Below are positions 1-12,087 of a stretch of DNA of 64,000 bases, piece after piece. The notes under the pieces are model-generated. The model saw only the letters and a program-made list of their open reading frames with translations. It was not told the origin of the DNA and ran no database searches. Source of the stretch: an uncultured Chloroflexia bacterium (GTDB taxonomy: Bacteria; Chloroflexota; Limnocylindria; Limnocylindrales; CSP1-4). A program made the position numbers and the translations under genes. How positions within the stretch are numbered: the first letter of the stretch is position 1; each line of letters begins with the position of its first letter. The DNA is taken from positions 2,400,001 to 2,464,000 of the forward strand of contig OY970218.1 in the NCBI GenBank assembly GCA_963713975.1, read 5' to 3'.

Positions 1-59
1 CGCCGCTCCGCTGCGGCGGCGGGCGCGCACCGGGTGTTGTACGCGGCAGGAGATGCACC

Positions 60-1745
60 TTGAGCAGGTACGCGATCGGCGTGGACTTCGGCTCGGAGTC
101 GGGTCGCGCCATCCTGGTGGACGTCGCCGACGGGCGCCAGCTGGCCACGGCGGTGTGGCCTTACAGCAACGGCGTCATCGACGAGCGCCTGCCCCTCGCG
201 GACCGGCAGGTACCACTGCCGCCGGACTGGGCGCTCCAGGACCCCGAGGACTACCTCAGGGTCTTCTCCGAGACGGTTCCCGCCGTCCTGCGCCAGGCCG
301 GCGTGGACGGGCGAGACGTCATCGGCCTGGGCATCGACTTCACCGCCTGCACGATGATGCCCACCCTCTCGGACGGCACCCCGCTGGCGCTGCTGCCCGA
401 CCTGCGCGCCAACCCCCACGCCTGGGTCAAGCTGTGGAAGCACCACGCGGCGCAGCCGGAGGCGGACAGGATCAACGAGACGGCCATCCGGACCGGCCAG
501 GCCTGGCTGCCCAAGTACGGCGGCAAGATCAGCTCGGAGTGGTTCTTCTCCAAGGCACTCCAGATCCTGGATGAGGCGCCCGACGTCTACGACCGTGCCG
601 ACCGTCTCATCGAGGCCGCCGACTGGGTCATCTGGCGGCTCACCGGCGTCGAGACGCGCAACGCCACCACGGCCGGCTACAAGGCCCTGTGGAGCAGGCG
701 CGAGGGTTTCCCGGAACGCGCCTACTTCGAGGCGCTGGACCCGCGGCTCGCCGACATCGTCGACACGAAGATGCGCCGTGACATCTCGTCGACGGGCGAC
801 CGGGCCGGCGGGCTGACCGCCGAGGCGGCCACCTGGATGGGCCTCCCGGCCGGCATCGCGGTCGCCGTCGCCAACGTCGACGCCCACGTCTCCGTCCCGG
901 CCGCCACGGTCACGGAGCCCGGCCGGATGGTCATGATCATGGGCACCAGCACCTGCCACATGGTGCTCGGCGATGAGGAGCACCTCGTCCCGGGGATCTG
1001 CGGCTACGTCGAGGACGGGATCATCCCGGGCTACTTTGGCTACGAGGCGGGCCAGAGCTGCGTCGGCGACCACTTCGCGTGGTTCGTCGAGCACGCGGTC
1101 CCCGAGTCCTACCAGGCCCAGGCGCGCGCGCGCGACCTCGACATCCACGTGCTCCTCCAGGAACAGGCCGGGCTCCTCGCACCCGGGGAGTCCGGCCTCC
1201 TCGCCCTCGACTGGTGGAACGGCAACCGGTCCGTGCTGGTCGACGCCGAGCTGGGCGGCCTGCTGGTCGGTGCCACGCTGGCGACGACGGCACCGGAGAT
1301 CTACCGGGCCCTGGTCGAGGCGACCGCGTACGGGACCCGCGTGATCATGGAGGCGCTCGAGGCCAACGGCGTCCCGGTCAACGAGGTCATCGCCTGCGGA
1401 GGCCTGGCCGAGAAGAGCCCGCTGATCATGCAGATCTACGCGGACGTGACCGGCCGGCCGTTCAGGCTCTCCGGTTCGGACCAGACCCCGGCCCTGGGCT
1501 CCGCGATGTTCGGTGCCGTGGCGGCCGGCGTGGATGCCGGCGGCTTCGCCACGATCGAGGACGCCGCCCGAGCGATGTCCCGGCTCAAGGACCTCGTCTA
1601 CGAGCCCGACCCCGGCGCCACAGCGACCTACGACGTGCTGTACCGGGAGTACGTCCGCCTGCACGACTACTTCGGGCGGGGCGAGAACAACGTCATGAAG
1701 ACGCTGCGAGGCCTGCGCGCGCGGGCGAAGGCAGGGGCGGCCTGA
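60..1745 (+). CDS. araB: L-ribulokinase (FGGY family)
   Basis: N-terminal IGVDFGSESGRA, plus GIDFTACT, WKHHAAQ, GTSTC and LDWWNGNRS motifs typical of AraB; 561 aa, intact. Confidence 0.93.
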   Translation: MSRYAIGVDFGSESGRAILVDVADGRQLATAVWPYSNGVIDERLPLADRQVPLPPDWALQDPEDYLRVFSETVPAVLRQAGVDGRDVIGLGIDFTACTMMPTLSDGTPLALLPDLRANPHAWVKLWKHHAAQPEADRINETAIRTGQAWLPKYGGKISSEWFFSKALQILDEAPDVYDRADRLIEAADWVIWRLTGVETRNATTAGYKALWSRREGFPERAYFEALDPRLADIVDTKMRRDISSTGDRAGGLTAEAATWMGLPAGIAVAVANVDAHVSVPAATVTEPGRMVMIMGTSTCHMVLGDEEHLVPGICGYVEDGIIPGYFGYEAGQSCVGDHFAWFVEHAVPESYQAQARARDLDIHVLLQEQAGLLAPGESGLLALDWWNGNRSVLVDAELGGLLVGATLATTAPEIYRALVEATAYGTRVIMEALEANGVPVNEVIACGGLAEKSPLIMQIYADVTGRPFRLSGSDQTPALGSAMFGAVAAGVDAGGFATIEDAARAMSRLKDLVYEPDPGATATYDVLYREYVRLHDYFGRGENNVMKTLRGLRARAKAGAA

Positions 1746-1786
1746 TGCGCCTGGCCGCGCTGCGCGAGTAGCTCGCTACGCTGCAT
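1745..1786 (+). pseudogene. araD: 5' stub of L-ribulose-5-phosphate 4-epimerase (araD-like)
   Basis: The ATG overlaps the araB stop (TGATG). It reads [13 protein letters not shown], resembling AraD N-termini (LREE..ALH), with an in-frame TAG at 1769-1771, and then runs directly into internal araA sequence. Confidence 0.55.
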
Positions 1787-3176
1787 CGATGCGGCGCCGG
1801 CCATCCCGGTCCGGGTGGTGGTCAAGCCCGTCCTGACCGGCTCCGACGGGATCCTTGCGCTGGTCCGCGAGGCGAATGCCGACCCCGCCTGCGTTGGCCT
1901 CGTCACCTGGATGCACACGTTCAGCCCGGCCAAGATGTGGATCGCCGGCCTCGAGGCGCTCGACAAGCCGTTCCTCCACCTGCACACCCAGTACAACCGC
2001 GAGATCCCGTGGGCCGACATCGACATGGACTTCATGAACCTGAACCAGGCCGCGCACGGCGACCGGGAGTTCGGGTTCATCGCCGCCCGGCTGCGACTCG
2101 AGCGCAAGGTGGTCGTCGGCCACTGCGGCGATGCGCCGGCACAGGAGGAGATCGGCACCTGGGCCCGCGCCGCCTGTGCCCGGGCCGACTGGCGGGCCGG
2201 CAGGATCGCCCGCTTCGGCGACAACATGCGGGATGTGGCGGTCACCGACGGCGACAAGGTCGAGGCGCAGCGCCGCCTGGGCTTCTCGGTCAACACCTGG
2301 GGCGTGGGGGACCTCGTCAAGGTCGTCAACGACGCCTCGGATGCCGACGTCGACGCACTCGTCGCCCAATACCAGGACCAGTACGACGTGGCCCCCGAGC
2401 TCCGGCCGGGCGGCGCCCGCGCGGAGAGCCTGCGCGACGGTGCCCGCATCGAGCTCGGCCTGCGACGCTTCCTGGTCGACGGCGGCTTCACGGCCTTCAC
2501 CGACACCTTCGAGGACCTGCACGGCCTCAAGCAGCTGCCGGGGCTGGCCGCCAGCGCCTGATGGCCGACGGGTACGACTTCGGCGGGGAAGGGGACTGGA
2601 AGACCGCGGCCATGGTCCGCGATGAAGGTCATGGCCGCGGGGCTCCCCGGCGGCGTCTCGTTCATGGAGGACTACACCTACCACCTCACGGGGGCCGACG
2701 ACCTGATCCTCGGCGCCCACATGCTCGAGGTCTGTCCGTCCATCGCGGGCGACCGCCCACGTCTCGAGACCCATCCCCTGTCCATCGGCGGCAAGGCGGA
2801 CCCGGTCCGGCTCGTGTTCGACGCCCACCCGGGACCAGCCGTGGCCGCCTGCATCACCGACATGGGGCAGCGTTTCCGCATGCTGGCGACCGTCGTCGAC
2901 GTCGTCCCAGCGGAGCAGCCCCTCCCGAAGCTCCCGGTCGCCCGCGCCGTCTGGCGCCCACGTCCCGACCTTCGGACGGGCGCCGCGGCGTGGATCTACG
3001 CGGGTGGCTCCCACCACACGAGCCTCGGTTTCGGCGTGACGCAGCAACACCTGCGAGACTTCGCCGCGATGTCCGGGGCGGAGTTCCCGGTCATCGACGA
3101 GAGGACCACGCTCGATGCCTTCCGCGACCAGCTCCGGTGGAACGATCTCTACTGGCTGCTGGCGAAGGGGATCTAG
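1785..3176 (+). pseudogene. araA: L-arabinose isomerase, 5'-truncated, with two frameshifts
   Basis: Motifs [60 protein letters not shown] and GGSHH are spread over three frames, with shifts near 2552 and 2621. The usual ~40 aa N-terminus (GSQHLYG) is absent. Confidence 0.9.
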
Positions 3177-3239
3177 CGCGGGCCGATCGTCACCGAAATG
3201 GTCCGATCTCGCACCTGGAAGCAGGCTGGACGGACCGGC

Positions 3240-3302
3240 TTGACGGCATGTGCGTCAGGCGCCTAGCATTTCCACCGTTATCGTTCACGGGAACGATAAC
3301 GG
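3240..3302 (+). promoter_or_regulatory. Sigma-70-type promoter with a LacI-family-like double operator
   Basis: TTGACG (3240-3245), 18 nt spacer, TAGCAT (3264-3269), then a perfect 12-bp inverted repeat CCGTTATCGTTC-ACGG-GAACGATAACGG (3275-3302). Each arm is CG-centred, as LacI-family operators are. Confidence 0.65.
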
Positions 3303-3420
3303 CAGGCGTCCACCGAGATCGACCGAGGGGCGGGAGTGCCCCGCAGCGAACCGCGCGGCGCGCCGTGAGGGAGCTGCAGGCGAGCGGTGGCGCAAGCAGG
3401 CGGGGCATCAGCCTCGCACC

Positions 3421-3478
3421 AGGAGGAGAGCAGCTCATTGCCGTCTACTTCGACGTCTCGAGCAAGAACAAGGACTGA
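3421..3478 (+). pseudogene. Remnant of a sugar ABC transporter operon: RBS joined to the last codons of a permease
   Basis: AGGAGG at 3421 has no ATG after it. It is followed by LIAVYFDVSSKNKD*, which resembles the C-terminus of GguB/MmsB/XylH-type sugar permeases (LAVxFDV..K). Confidence 0.55.
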
Positions 3479-3624
3479 CCGGCCCGGGTCCTGCCCGACC
3501 GCGTCATGACAGCCGCTCCTCCTGCCGGTCGCACCGCCCGTATCCACGGGCGGTGCGGCGAGCGCCCGACCCTGGGTGCCGAACCGAGCGGCCGTCCCGG
3601 CCCCATCCTCGCGGAGCCCGGGCG

Positions 3625-4425
3625 GTGACCACCGTCGAGGGTCCGGACCTGGTCCTCGAGGCCGGTGATGCGCGGGCCGTGGTGCGGCCAGGGGACGGGG
3701 GGAGGCTGGGCTCACTGGTGGTGGCCGGCCGGGAGCTGCTCGTCACCGTCAGCCCGGATGGCCCCGTCTATTGGGGCAGCTACCCGATGGCGCCATGGGC
3801 CGGCCGGATCCGGCACGGACGCTTCGCGTTCGATGGCGTGCCCCACCAGCTCCCGATCACGATGCCGCCGCACGCGATCCACGGCGTAGTCTACGATCGG
3901 CCCTGGGTCGTGACCGGCGAGGGCGAGATCGCCATCGACCTCGACGAGCGATGGCCCTTCCGCGGGCGCGTGGCCCAGCGCTTCGCGCTGGATGCCGACG
4001 GCCTCGAGGTTGCGATGACCCTCGATGCCGCCGAGGCGATGCCGGTCACCATGGGCTGGCACCCGTGGTTCCGCCGCGTGCTGGAACCGGACGCGGCGCC
4101 CGTGCGACTCGCCTTCGCCGCCGGCTCGATGCTGGTGCGGGACGCGGAGGGGCTGCCGACCGGCGAGCGCGTGCCGCCGTCCGCGGGACCGTGGGATGAC
4201 GCATTCACCGACGTCGCGGCGCCCCCGGTCCTCGAGTGGCCGGGACAGCTGCGACTGGAGATCAGCTCGACCTGTGCCTGGTGGGTCGTTTACTCGCAGC
4301 CCGAGAGCGCGATCTGCGTGGAGCCGCAGTCGGGGCCACCGGACGCGGCCAACCTCGCGCCCGAGGTCGTGGTGCCCGGGGTGTCCTTGACCCACACGAT
4401 GCGCTGGGAGTGGACGCGGCTGTAG
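3625..4425 (+). CDS. Aldose 1-epimerase (mutarotase) family protein
   Basis: PMAPWAGRI, HAIHG, GWHPWF, WDDAF and ICVEPQSG motifs; GTG start at 3625. Confidence 0.85.
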   Translation: MTTVEGPDLVLEAGDARAVVRPGDGGRLGSLVVAGRELLVTVSPDGPVYWGSYPMAPWAGRIRHGRFAFDGVPHQLPITMPPHAIHGVVYDRPWVVTGEGEIAIDLDERWPFRGRVAQRFALDADGLEVAMTLDAAEAMPVTMGWHPWFRRVLEPDAAPVRLAFAAGSMLVRDAEGLPTGERVPPSAGPWDDAFTDVAAPPVLEWPGQLRLEISSTCAWWVVYSQPESAICVEPQSGPPDAANLAPEVVVPGVSLTHTMRWEWTRL

Positions 4426-4505
4426 GCCACGACGCCTCGCGCTGACGGCGCCGGAGCGGACGGCGCCGGGTAAGGCGGCGCCGGGCAAGCTGGCCCCCGG
4501 AGCGG

Positions 4506-4988
4506 CTACCTCCCGGCGACCAGCTCCGGGGGCAGAAGCAGCGCCAGCGTCCCACGTCCGGCGCGGATGGCGCCGTCGAAGTCCACGCGCGCGATGGCGC
4601 CCTTGCGCATGGGGATGAAGTCCACGCCGATGAGCTCGCCGAGGAGCGACGAGAAGTCGGGGTCGTGGCCGACGAGGCACGGCCGCGCCGCCGGGCGGGC
4701 CGACGTCAGGATGGCCTCCACGATCTCCGGGTAGAGTGGCCCGGCCAGCCGGGGATCGACGATGGGTGCGACACCCAACGAGGCGCCCACGATGGCGGCC
4801 GTCTCCACCGCGCGGAGCCTGGGCGACGTGACCAGCTGGTCCGGTGCCGAGTCAGTCCCGGCCAGCAGCCGCCCCAGCCGCTCGGCCTGGTGGCGTCCCT
4901 TGTCCGAGAGCGGGCGGTCGTCGTCGTCGCCGGCCCAGCGAGTCGGGTTGCCGGCGTGGGCGTGGCGGAGGAGGTAGAGGGTGGTCAT
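4506..4988 (-). CDS. sixA: Phosphohistidine phosphatase SixA
   Basis: LYLLRHA, RPLSDKG, TSPRLRAVETA and LVGHDPDF motifs; 160 aa. Confidence 0.88.
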   Translation of the reverse strand: MTTLYLLRHAHAGNPTRWAGDDDDRPLSDKGRHQAERLGRLLAGTDSAPDQLVTSPRLRAVETAAIVGASLGVAPIVDPRLAGPLYPEIVEAILTSARPAARPCLVGHDPDFSSLLGELIGVDFIPMRKGAIARVDFDGAIRAGRGTLALLLPPELVAGR

Positions 4989-5067
4989 GCCGGCACCGCC
5001 TGATGGCGCTCGGCGGCGTGGCGCTCGGCCTGCGTCCCGAGGGCGCGGTGATCGTGTCCGTGCGCGC

Positions 5068-5841
5068 TCACTGGTTCAGGTCCTCCACTTCGCCCGAGGC
5101 CAGGAACACGATGTCCTCGGCGATGTTCGTCACCCGGTCGCCGATCCGCTCCAGGTAATGCGCAGCGAACAGGATCCGCGTTCCCGGGTCCACGTTGGCC
5201 GGGTCCTGCCGCATCAGCTCCAGGACCTCGGCAAAGATGCGGTGGTAGAGCTCGTCCACGTCGTCGTCGAGCTTCGCAACCTCCCGGGCCCGGTCCGGGT
5301 CGATATCGACGAGCGCCCGGATGATGCCCTGCACGAGGTCCGCGACCCGCTCGCCCAGCTGCGGGAGCAGCACGTAGTCCTTGAGGGGCGGATAGGGGGC
5401 GAGCTTGCGCGCCTGCTTCGCGACGGAGCCCGCGTGGTCGCCCATGCGCTCCAGCTCGTAGCTGACGTGGTCCAGGGTGAGCAGGTAGCGCAGGTCGCGG
5501 GCGACCGGGTTCTGGGTGGCGATCGTCGCGGCGATCATGGCCGTGGCCGTGCGCTGGACCTCGTTGATCTGCCGGTCATCGCGGATCACCTGGAGGGCGG
5601 CGTCGGCATCGTGTGCGACGAGCGAGCCGATGGCGGCGTGGATCTGGGCCTCGACCATCGAGCCCATGCGGAGGACGCCGTCCTTGACCTCGGCGATCTC
5701 CCGGTCGTAGGCGCTACGAATCCCGTGGGTGGGCGGAAAGGCGGCACCGGGCGTTTCGATGGGGTGGGACGGCGAGAGGTCGTCGAAGCTGCCGCCGAAG
5801 GCGTCGGTGACGTGCGGACCGGGAACGTGCTCGTTATCCAT
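5068..5841 (-). CDS. phoU: Phosphate signalling protein PhoU
   Basis: PVARDLR, LERMGDHA, DDDVDELY and LERIGDRVTNIAE motifs; lies downstream of pstB. Confidence 0.95.
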   Translation of the reverse strand: MDNEHVPGPHVTDAFGGSFDDLSPSHPIETPGAAFPPTHGIRSAYDREIAEVKDGVLRMGSMVEAQIHAAIGSLVAHDADAALQVIRDDRQINEVQRTATAMIAATIATQNPVARDLRYLLTLDHVSYELERMGDHAGSVAKQARKLAPYPPLKDYVLLPQLGERVADLVQGIIRALVDIDPDRAREVAKLDDDVDELYHRIFAEVLELMRQDPANVDPGTRILFAAHYLERIGDRVTNIAEDIVFLASGEVEDLNQ

Positions 5842-5861
5842 GGCTGCTGCTCCTCCGCCGC

Positions 5862-6770
5862 TCAGCCGAACCGGCCGGAGACGTAATCCTCGGTGAGCTG
5901 GTCCTTCGGGTTCGTGAAGATGTCGAGGGTCGGCCCCTCCTCCACGATGTACCCGGCTCGATCATCGGCCATGTTCATGAACACGGTGTAGTCCGACGCA
6001 CGGGCTGCCTGCTGCATGTTGTGGGTCACGATGACGATCGTGTACTGCTCCTTGAGCTCGAACATCAGCTCCTCGATCTGGAGCGTCGACCGCGGGTCCA
6101 GGGCGGAGCACGGCTCGTCCATGAGGATGACATCCGGGCTGGTCGCGATGGCGCGCGCGATGCACAGGCGCTGCTGCTGCCCGCCCGAGAGCGCGAGGCC
6201 GGACTGCTTGAGCTTGTCCTTGACGTCGTCCCACAGCGCGGCCCTCCGCAGGCTGGACTCGACGAGCTCGTCCATGTCGCCCTTGTGGCCATTGATCCGG
6301 GGACCGAAGGCGACGTTGTCGTAGATCGACTTAGGGAAGGGATTGGCCTTCTGGAACACCATGCCGATTCGCCGCCGGACCTCGACCGCGTCCACGTCCC
6401 GGCCGTACAGGTCGACGTCGTGGTACAGCACTTTGCCCTCGACGCGTGTCCCGGTGATCAGGTCGTTCATGCGGTTGATCGTCCGGAGCAGCGTGGACTT
6501 GCCACACCCCGACGGGCCGATCAGTGCCGTGATCTTGCGCGCCTCGAAGGCGATGCTGATGCCCTTCACCGCCCGGAACTTCGAGTAATAGAAGTCCACG
6601 TCCTCGAGCCGGATGACATCCTCGCCCCGTGGTGCATCGAGCGGTGCGTCGGCCCCGGCGGCACGCCCGACATGGATCGGCACGGCAGGGCCGGTCGCTG
6701 TGGGCGTGGGGGTCTCGGGTTCGGACACGGTGGTTGCGGCCATGGGATCTCCGGTGTTCTCGGGCATCAC
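5862..6770 (-). CDS. pstB: Phosphate ABC transporter ATPase
   Basis: [32 protein letters not shown] and C-terminal YVSGRFG. The start may instead be the ATG at 6743. Confidence 0.96.
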   Translation of the reverse strand: MMPENTGDPMAATTVSEPETPTPTATGPAVPIHVGRAAGADAPLDAPRGEDVIRLEDVDFYYSKFRAVKGISIAFEARKITALIGPSGCGKSTLLRTINRMNDLITGTRVEGKVLYHDVDLYGRDVDAVEVRRRIGMVFQKANPFPKSIYDNVAFGPRINGHKGDMDELVESSLRRAALWDDVKDKLKQSGLALSGGQQQRLCIARAIATSPDVILMDEPCSALDPRSTLQIEELMFELKEQYTIVIVTHNMQQAARASDYTVFMNMADDRAGYIVEEGPTLDIFTNPKDQLTEDYVSGRFG

Positions 6771-7708
6771 CAGGCCCGTTCGTAGCGACTGCGGAGGAGG
6801 ATCGCGATCACGTTCGCGGCGAGCGTGATCATGAGCAGCACGACGATCGCCGCAGCGGCGTCAGCCCGGAAGGCTTCCTGCGGCTTGCGGGCCCAGTCGT
6901 AGACGATCACGGGCAGAGCGGTGTAGCTGCCGGTGAACAGGGTCGAGATGGACAGCCCCGAGAACGATCCGAGGACGGCACCGACCAGGATCAGTGGGGC
7001 GGTCTCGCCAAGAGCTCGGGAGAGGGCAAGCACCGTGCCGGTCAGGATCCCGGGCGCTGCCGAGGGGATCACGAGCTGGCGGGTCACCTCCCAGCGCGAG
7101 GCGCCCACGCCGTAGCCCGCTTCCCTGATCGTGCCCGGCACAGAACGCAGTGCTTCGATGGACGTGATGATCACGATCGGCAGCACCAGCACGGCCAGGG
7201 TGATGCCGCCGGCAAGGATGTTGCGCCCGGAGCCGTCGCCGTCCACCGTGTCCATGAGCGACACGAACACTGCCAGGCCCAGGAGGCCGTAGACCACCGA
7301 CGGGACGCCGGCCAGGTTCCGGATGTTGATCTGGATGAACCGGGTGAGCTTCGTGTCCCCGGCGTACTCCTCGAGGTAGATCGCCGTCGCCAGTCCGAAG
7401 GGGAAGGCGAGGAGCGCCACGATGGCCGCCAGGATCGCCGTCCCGACGAGGCCCTGGATGACCCCGGCCTTGGCGGGGTTGGACGAGAGCGGAGACGTCA
7501 GGAAGCCCACGCCACGCTCGGCGAAGACCGGCAGCGCGCGTCCGAGGACATCCGCGATGAGCAGGAACAGGATCGCGAGCGAGAACAGCAGGCTCCCGAG
7601 GAGCAGGACCTGGAACACGAAGCCCCAGATGTCGCGCCGTCCGCCGCCGGTGATCCCGGCCCGGACGCTGGCACTCGTGACGGCTGCGGAGGATCCCAGT
7701 GAGGTCAT
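6767..7708 (-). CDS. pstA: Phosphate ABC transporter permease
   Basis: [20 protein letters not shown] and [10 protein letters not shown] motifs. Confidence 0.95.
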   Translation of the reverse strand: MTSLGSSAAVTSASVRAGITGGGRRDIWGFVFQVLLLGSLLFSLAILFLLIADVLGRALPVFAERGVGFLTSPLSSNPAKAGVIQGLVGTAILAAIVALLAFPFGLATAIYLEEYAGDTKLTRFIQINIRNLAGVPSVVYGLLGLAVFVSLMDTVDGDGSGRNILAGGITLAVLVLPIVIITSIEALRSVPGTIREAGYGVGASRWEVTRQLVIPSAAPGILTGTVLALSRALGETAPLILVGAVLGSFSGLSISTLFTGSYTALPVIVYDWARKPQEAFRADAAAAIVVLLMITLAANVIAILLRSRYERAW

Positions 7709-7717
7709 CGCAGCCTC

Positions 7718-8647
7718 CTAGTACCGCTGTCGGGCACGCCGGACGAACGTGTCGCCGGCGACGTTGAGGACGAGCGTGACCAGGAACAGCAGCAGCCCGA
7801 TGAAGAACAGGCTCTGGAACGCGGCGCTGTTGCCGGTGACCTGGTCGCTGCCCGTCGCGAGCCCGACCATCGCCGAGGTCATGGTGCCGCCCGGGTCAAG
7901 CGGGTTGAACGTCCGGGCCTGGGGAGCGCCGGCGGCCACGGCCACCACCATCGTCTCGCCGATGGCGCGGCTGGTTGCCAGGATCAGCGCGGCCACGACG
8001 CCCGAGACCGCGGCCGGGAACACCACCCGGAGCGAGGTGCTGATCCTGCGGGCGCCGAGTCCGTACGAGGCCTCGCGCAGGCTCTGGGGCACCGAGCGCA
8101 TGGCGTCCTCGGCCACGGAGGCGACCAGGGGGATCGAGAGGATGCCGACGCCGAGCCCCGCGGCGGCGAGGTTGAAGGAGTTGGCATCCTCGAACAGGGG
8201 CTGGATCACGGATGGGGTGAGCAGGGTGAGCGCGAAGAACCCCAGCACGACGCTGGGAACGCCGGCCAGGACCTCGAGGACCGGCTTGACGATCCGCCGG
8301 AAGCGGGGCGTCGCGTACTCGGAGAGATAGATCGCCGAGAAGATGCCGACCGGCGCCGCGATCACCATCGCGATCCCCGTGACGATCAGGGTCCCGATCA
8401 CGATGGTCGACACGTCGAAGATGCCACGCCGCGGGAACCACCCGATGCCGAACAGCTGGCCGAGCTCGATCTGCGACAGGAAGCCGATCGCCTCGAACAG
8501 GACGGCCGCGATGATGAACAGGCTGATCAGGATCGTGACCAGTGCCGCGGCCAGGAAGAGGCCGCGGACCAGGGTCTCGCGACGCCGCCGGCGGGCGCTG
8601 CCGTTGAGCGACATCGCGGCAGGGATGGCTTGGCTTGCCTGGGCCAT
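7718..8647 (-). CDS. pstC: Phosphate ABC transporter permease
   Basis: [18 protein letters not shown] and SRAIGETM motifs. Confidence 0.95.
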   Translation of the reverse strand: MAQASQAIPAAMSLNGSARRRRRETLVRGLFLAAALVTILISLFIIAAVLFEAIGFLSQIELGQLFGIGWFPRRGIFDVSTIVIGTLIVTGIAMVIAAPVGIFSAIYLSEYATPRFRRIVKPVLEVLAGVPSVVLGFFALTLLTPSVIQPLFEDANSFNLAAAGLGVGILSIPLVASVAEDAMRSVPQSLREASYGLGARRISTSLRVVFPAAVSGVVAALILATSRAIGETMVVAVAAGAPQARTFNPLDPGGTMTSAMVGLATGSDQVTGNSAAFQSLFFIGLLLFLVTLVLNVAGDTFVRRARQRY

Positions 8648-8699
8648 CAGCGGTCTACGCCTCCTTGGCGAATGGTCGGCTGGTCACGAGGATAAGCGA

Positions 8700-8738
8700 G
8701 CGAACGGGCCGGGCGCCCAAGCGCCACGGCCCGTTCGC
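8700..8738 (-). terminator. Strong stem-loop between pstS and pstC (mRNA-stabilising or attenuating)
   Basis: GCGAACGGGCCG-GGCGC-ccaa-GCGCC-a-CGGCCCGTTCGC, a ~17-bp stem just 3' of pstS. Confidence 0.6.
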
Positions 8739-8758
8739 GGAGGAGGAGGAGCGCTGGG

Positions 8759-9799
8759 CTACTTCGACGCGTCCCAGGTTGCCCGCGACTCGGCAAGGGC
8801 GTCGGCCGTCAGGCCGACGTAGGGGACGGTCTCGAGGACGGAAGCGATCGTGCCATCGGCGAGGTAGTAGTCCACGTAGGCTGCGATAGCGGGGTTCGCG
8901 GCCGCCTTGGCCTTGTTCACGTAGATGTACAGGTCGCGCGCGAGCGGGTACGAGCCGTCGGCGATCGTCTCAGGCGTCGGGGCAACGCACGTCCCGTTGA
9001 CGTCCTTGGCGACCTGGATCTCGCTGACCTTGTCCCTGTTCTCCTCGGCGAAGGCGAAGCCAACCCAGCCCAGTGAGGAGTCGCTGCCGGAGATCCCGTC
9101 GATGATCGCGTTGTCGTTGGACGAGGCGGTGTAGTCAGGTCGGGTGTTGGCCTCCTGGCCGCGCGCCTCGGCGGTCTTCGTGATCGCGAGCTCGACGAAG
9201 CTGTCGAACGTGCCCGACTCCTCGCCGGGGCCCGTGATCTTGAGATCCGCATCCGGGAACTCGGTGTTGGAGCCCAGTTCCTTGGCGATCGTCGCGGCAT
9301 CGCTCCACTTGGCGAACCCGGTGGACTCGGGCCCCATCAGGGCGTACAGGTCCGCGAAGCTGAGACAGGCCACGGCCGTGTTGGCGGCGGACGTCAGGAC
9401 CGACATGCCGTCGATCGCGACCTTGAGCTCCACGTACTCGATGCCGGCGTCCGCGCAGGTCGTGGCTTCTTCGTCCTTGATCTGGCGCGAGGCGTCGGAG
9501 ATGTCGGTATCACCCTCGCAGAACTTCTTGAATCCATCACCGGTGCCCGGGCCCTCGACCGTGTATGTGAACTCCGAGTTGGACTCCGCGAAGGCCTCGG
9601 CGACGCCCGTGGAGATCGGCTCGACGGTGGACGAACCCGAGACGTTGATGGCACCGGTCACGCCGCCGCCTGCCGCTGCCCCGGTGGCCGCCGTGCCCTC
9701 GCCGGGAGCGGACGTTCCCGACGAGCCGCCGCAGGCGGCGACGAACACTGTCGCGGCGAGGGTCAGGGCGCCGATGCGCTTGGTGGATGCGAGCGTCAC
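8759..9799 (-). CDS. pstS: Phosphate-binding lipoprotein
   Basis: Lipobox VAAC; SGSSTV, GTGDGF, DASRQIK, SGTFDSF and YPLARDLYIY motifs. Confidence 0.93.
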   Translation of the reverse strand: MTLASTKRIGALTLAATVFVAACGGSSGTSAPGEGTAATGAAAGGGVTGAINVSGSSTVEPISTGVAEAFAESNSEFTYTVEGPGTGDGFKKFCEGDTDISDASRQIKDEEATTCADAGIEYVELKVAIDGMSVLTSAANTAVACLSFADLYALMGPESTGFAKWSDAATIAKELGSNTEFPDADLKITGPGEESGTFDSFVELAITKTAEARGQEANTRPDYTASSNDNAIIDGISGSDSSLGWVGFAFAEENRDKVSEIQVAKDVNGTCVAPTPETIADGSYPLARDLYIYVNKAKAAANPAIAAYVDYYLADGTIASVLETVPYVGLTADALAESRATWDASK

Positions 9800-9881
9800 G
9801 TGAGTCTCCTTGTCGGGCGTCAGGCCCCGAGCGGGGGGCGCCCTTTTTGGTCTTCTACCGGTTCCACGGTCGGGCCGTGGC

Positions 9882-12018
<2,137 letters not shown>

Positions 12019-12087
12019 TCCAACCCTGCACCGGGGACGACCTGGTGACCCCGCACAACAACGACCCGGCGCGACCCCGGAGGGCGG

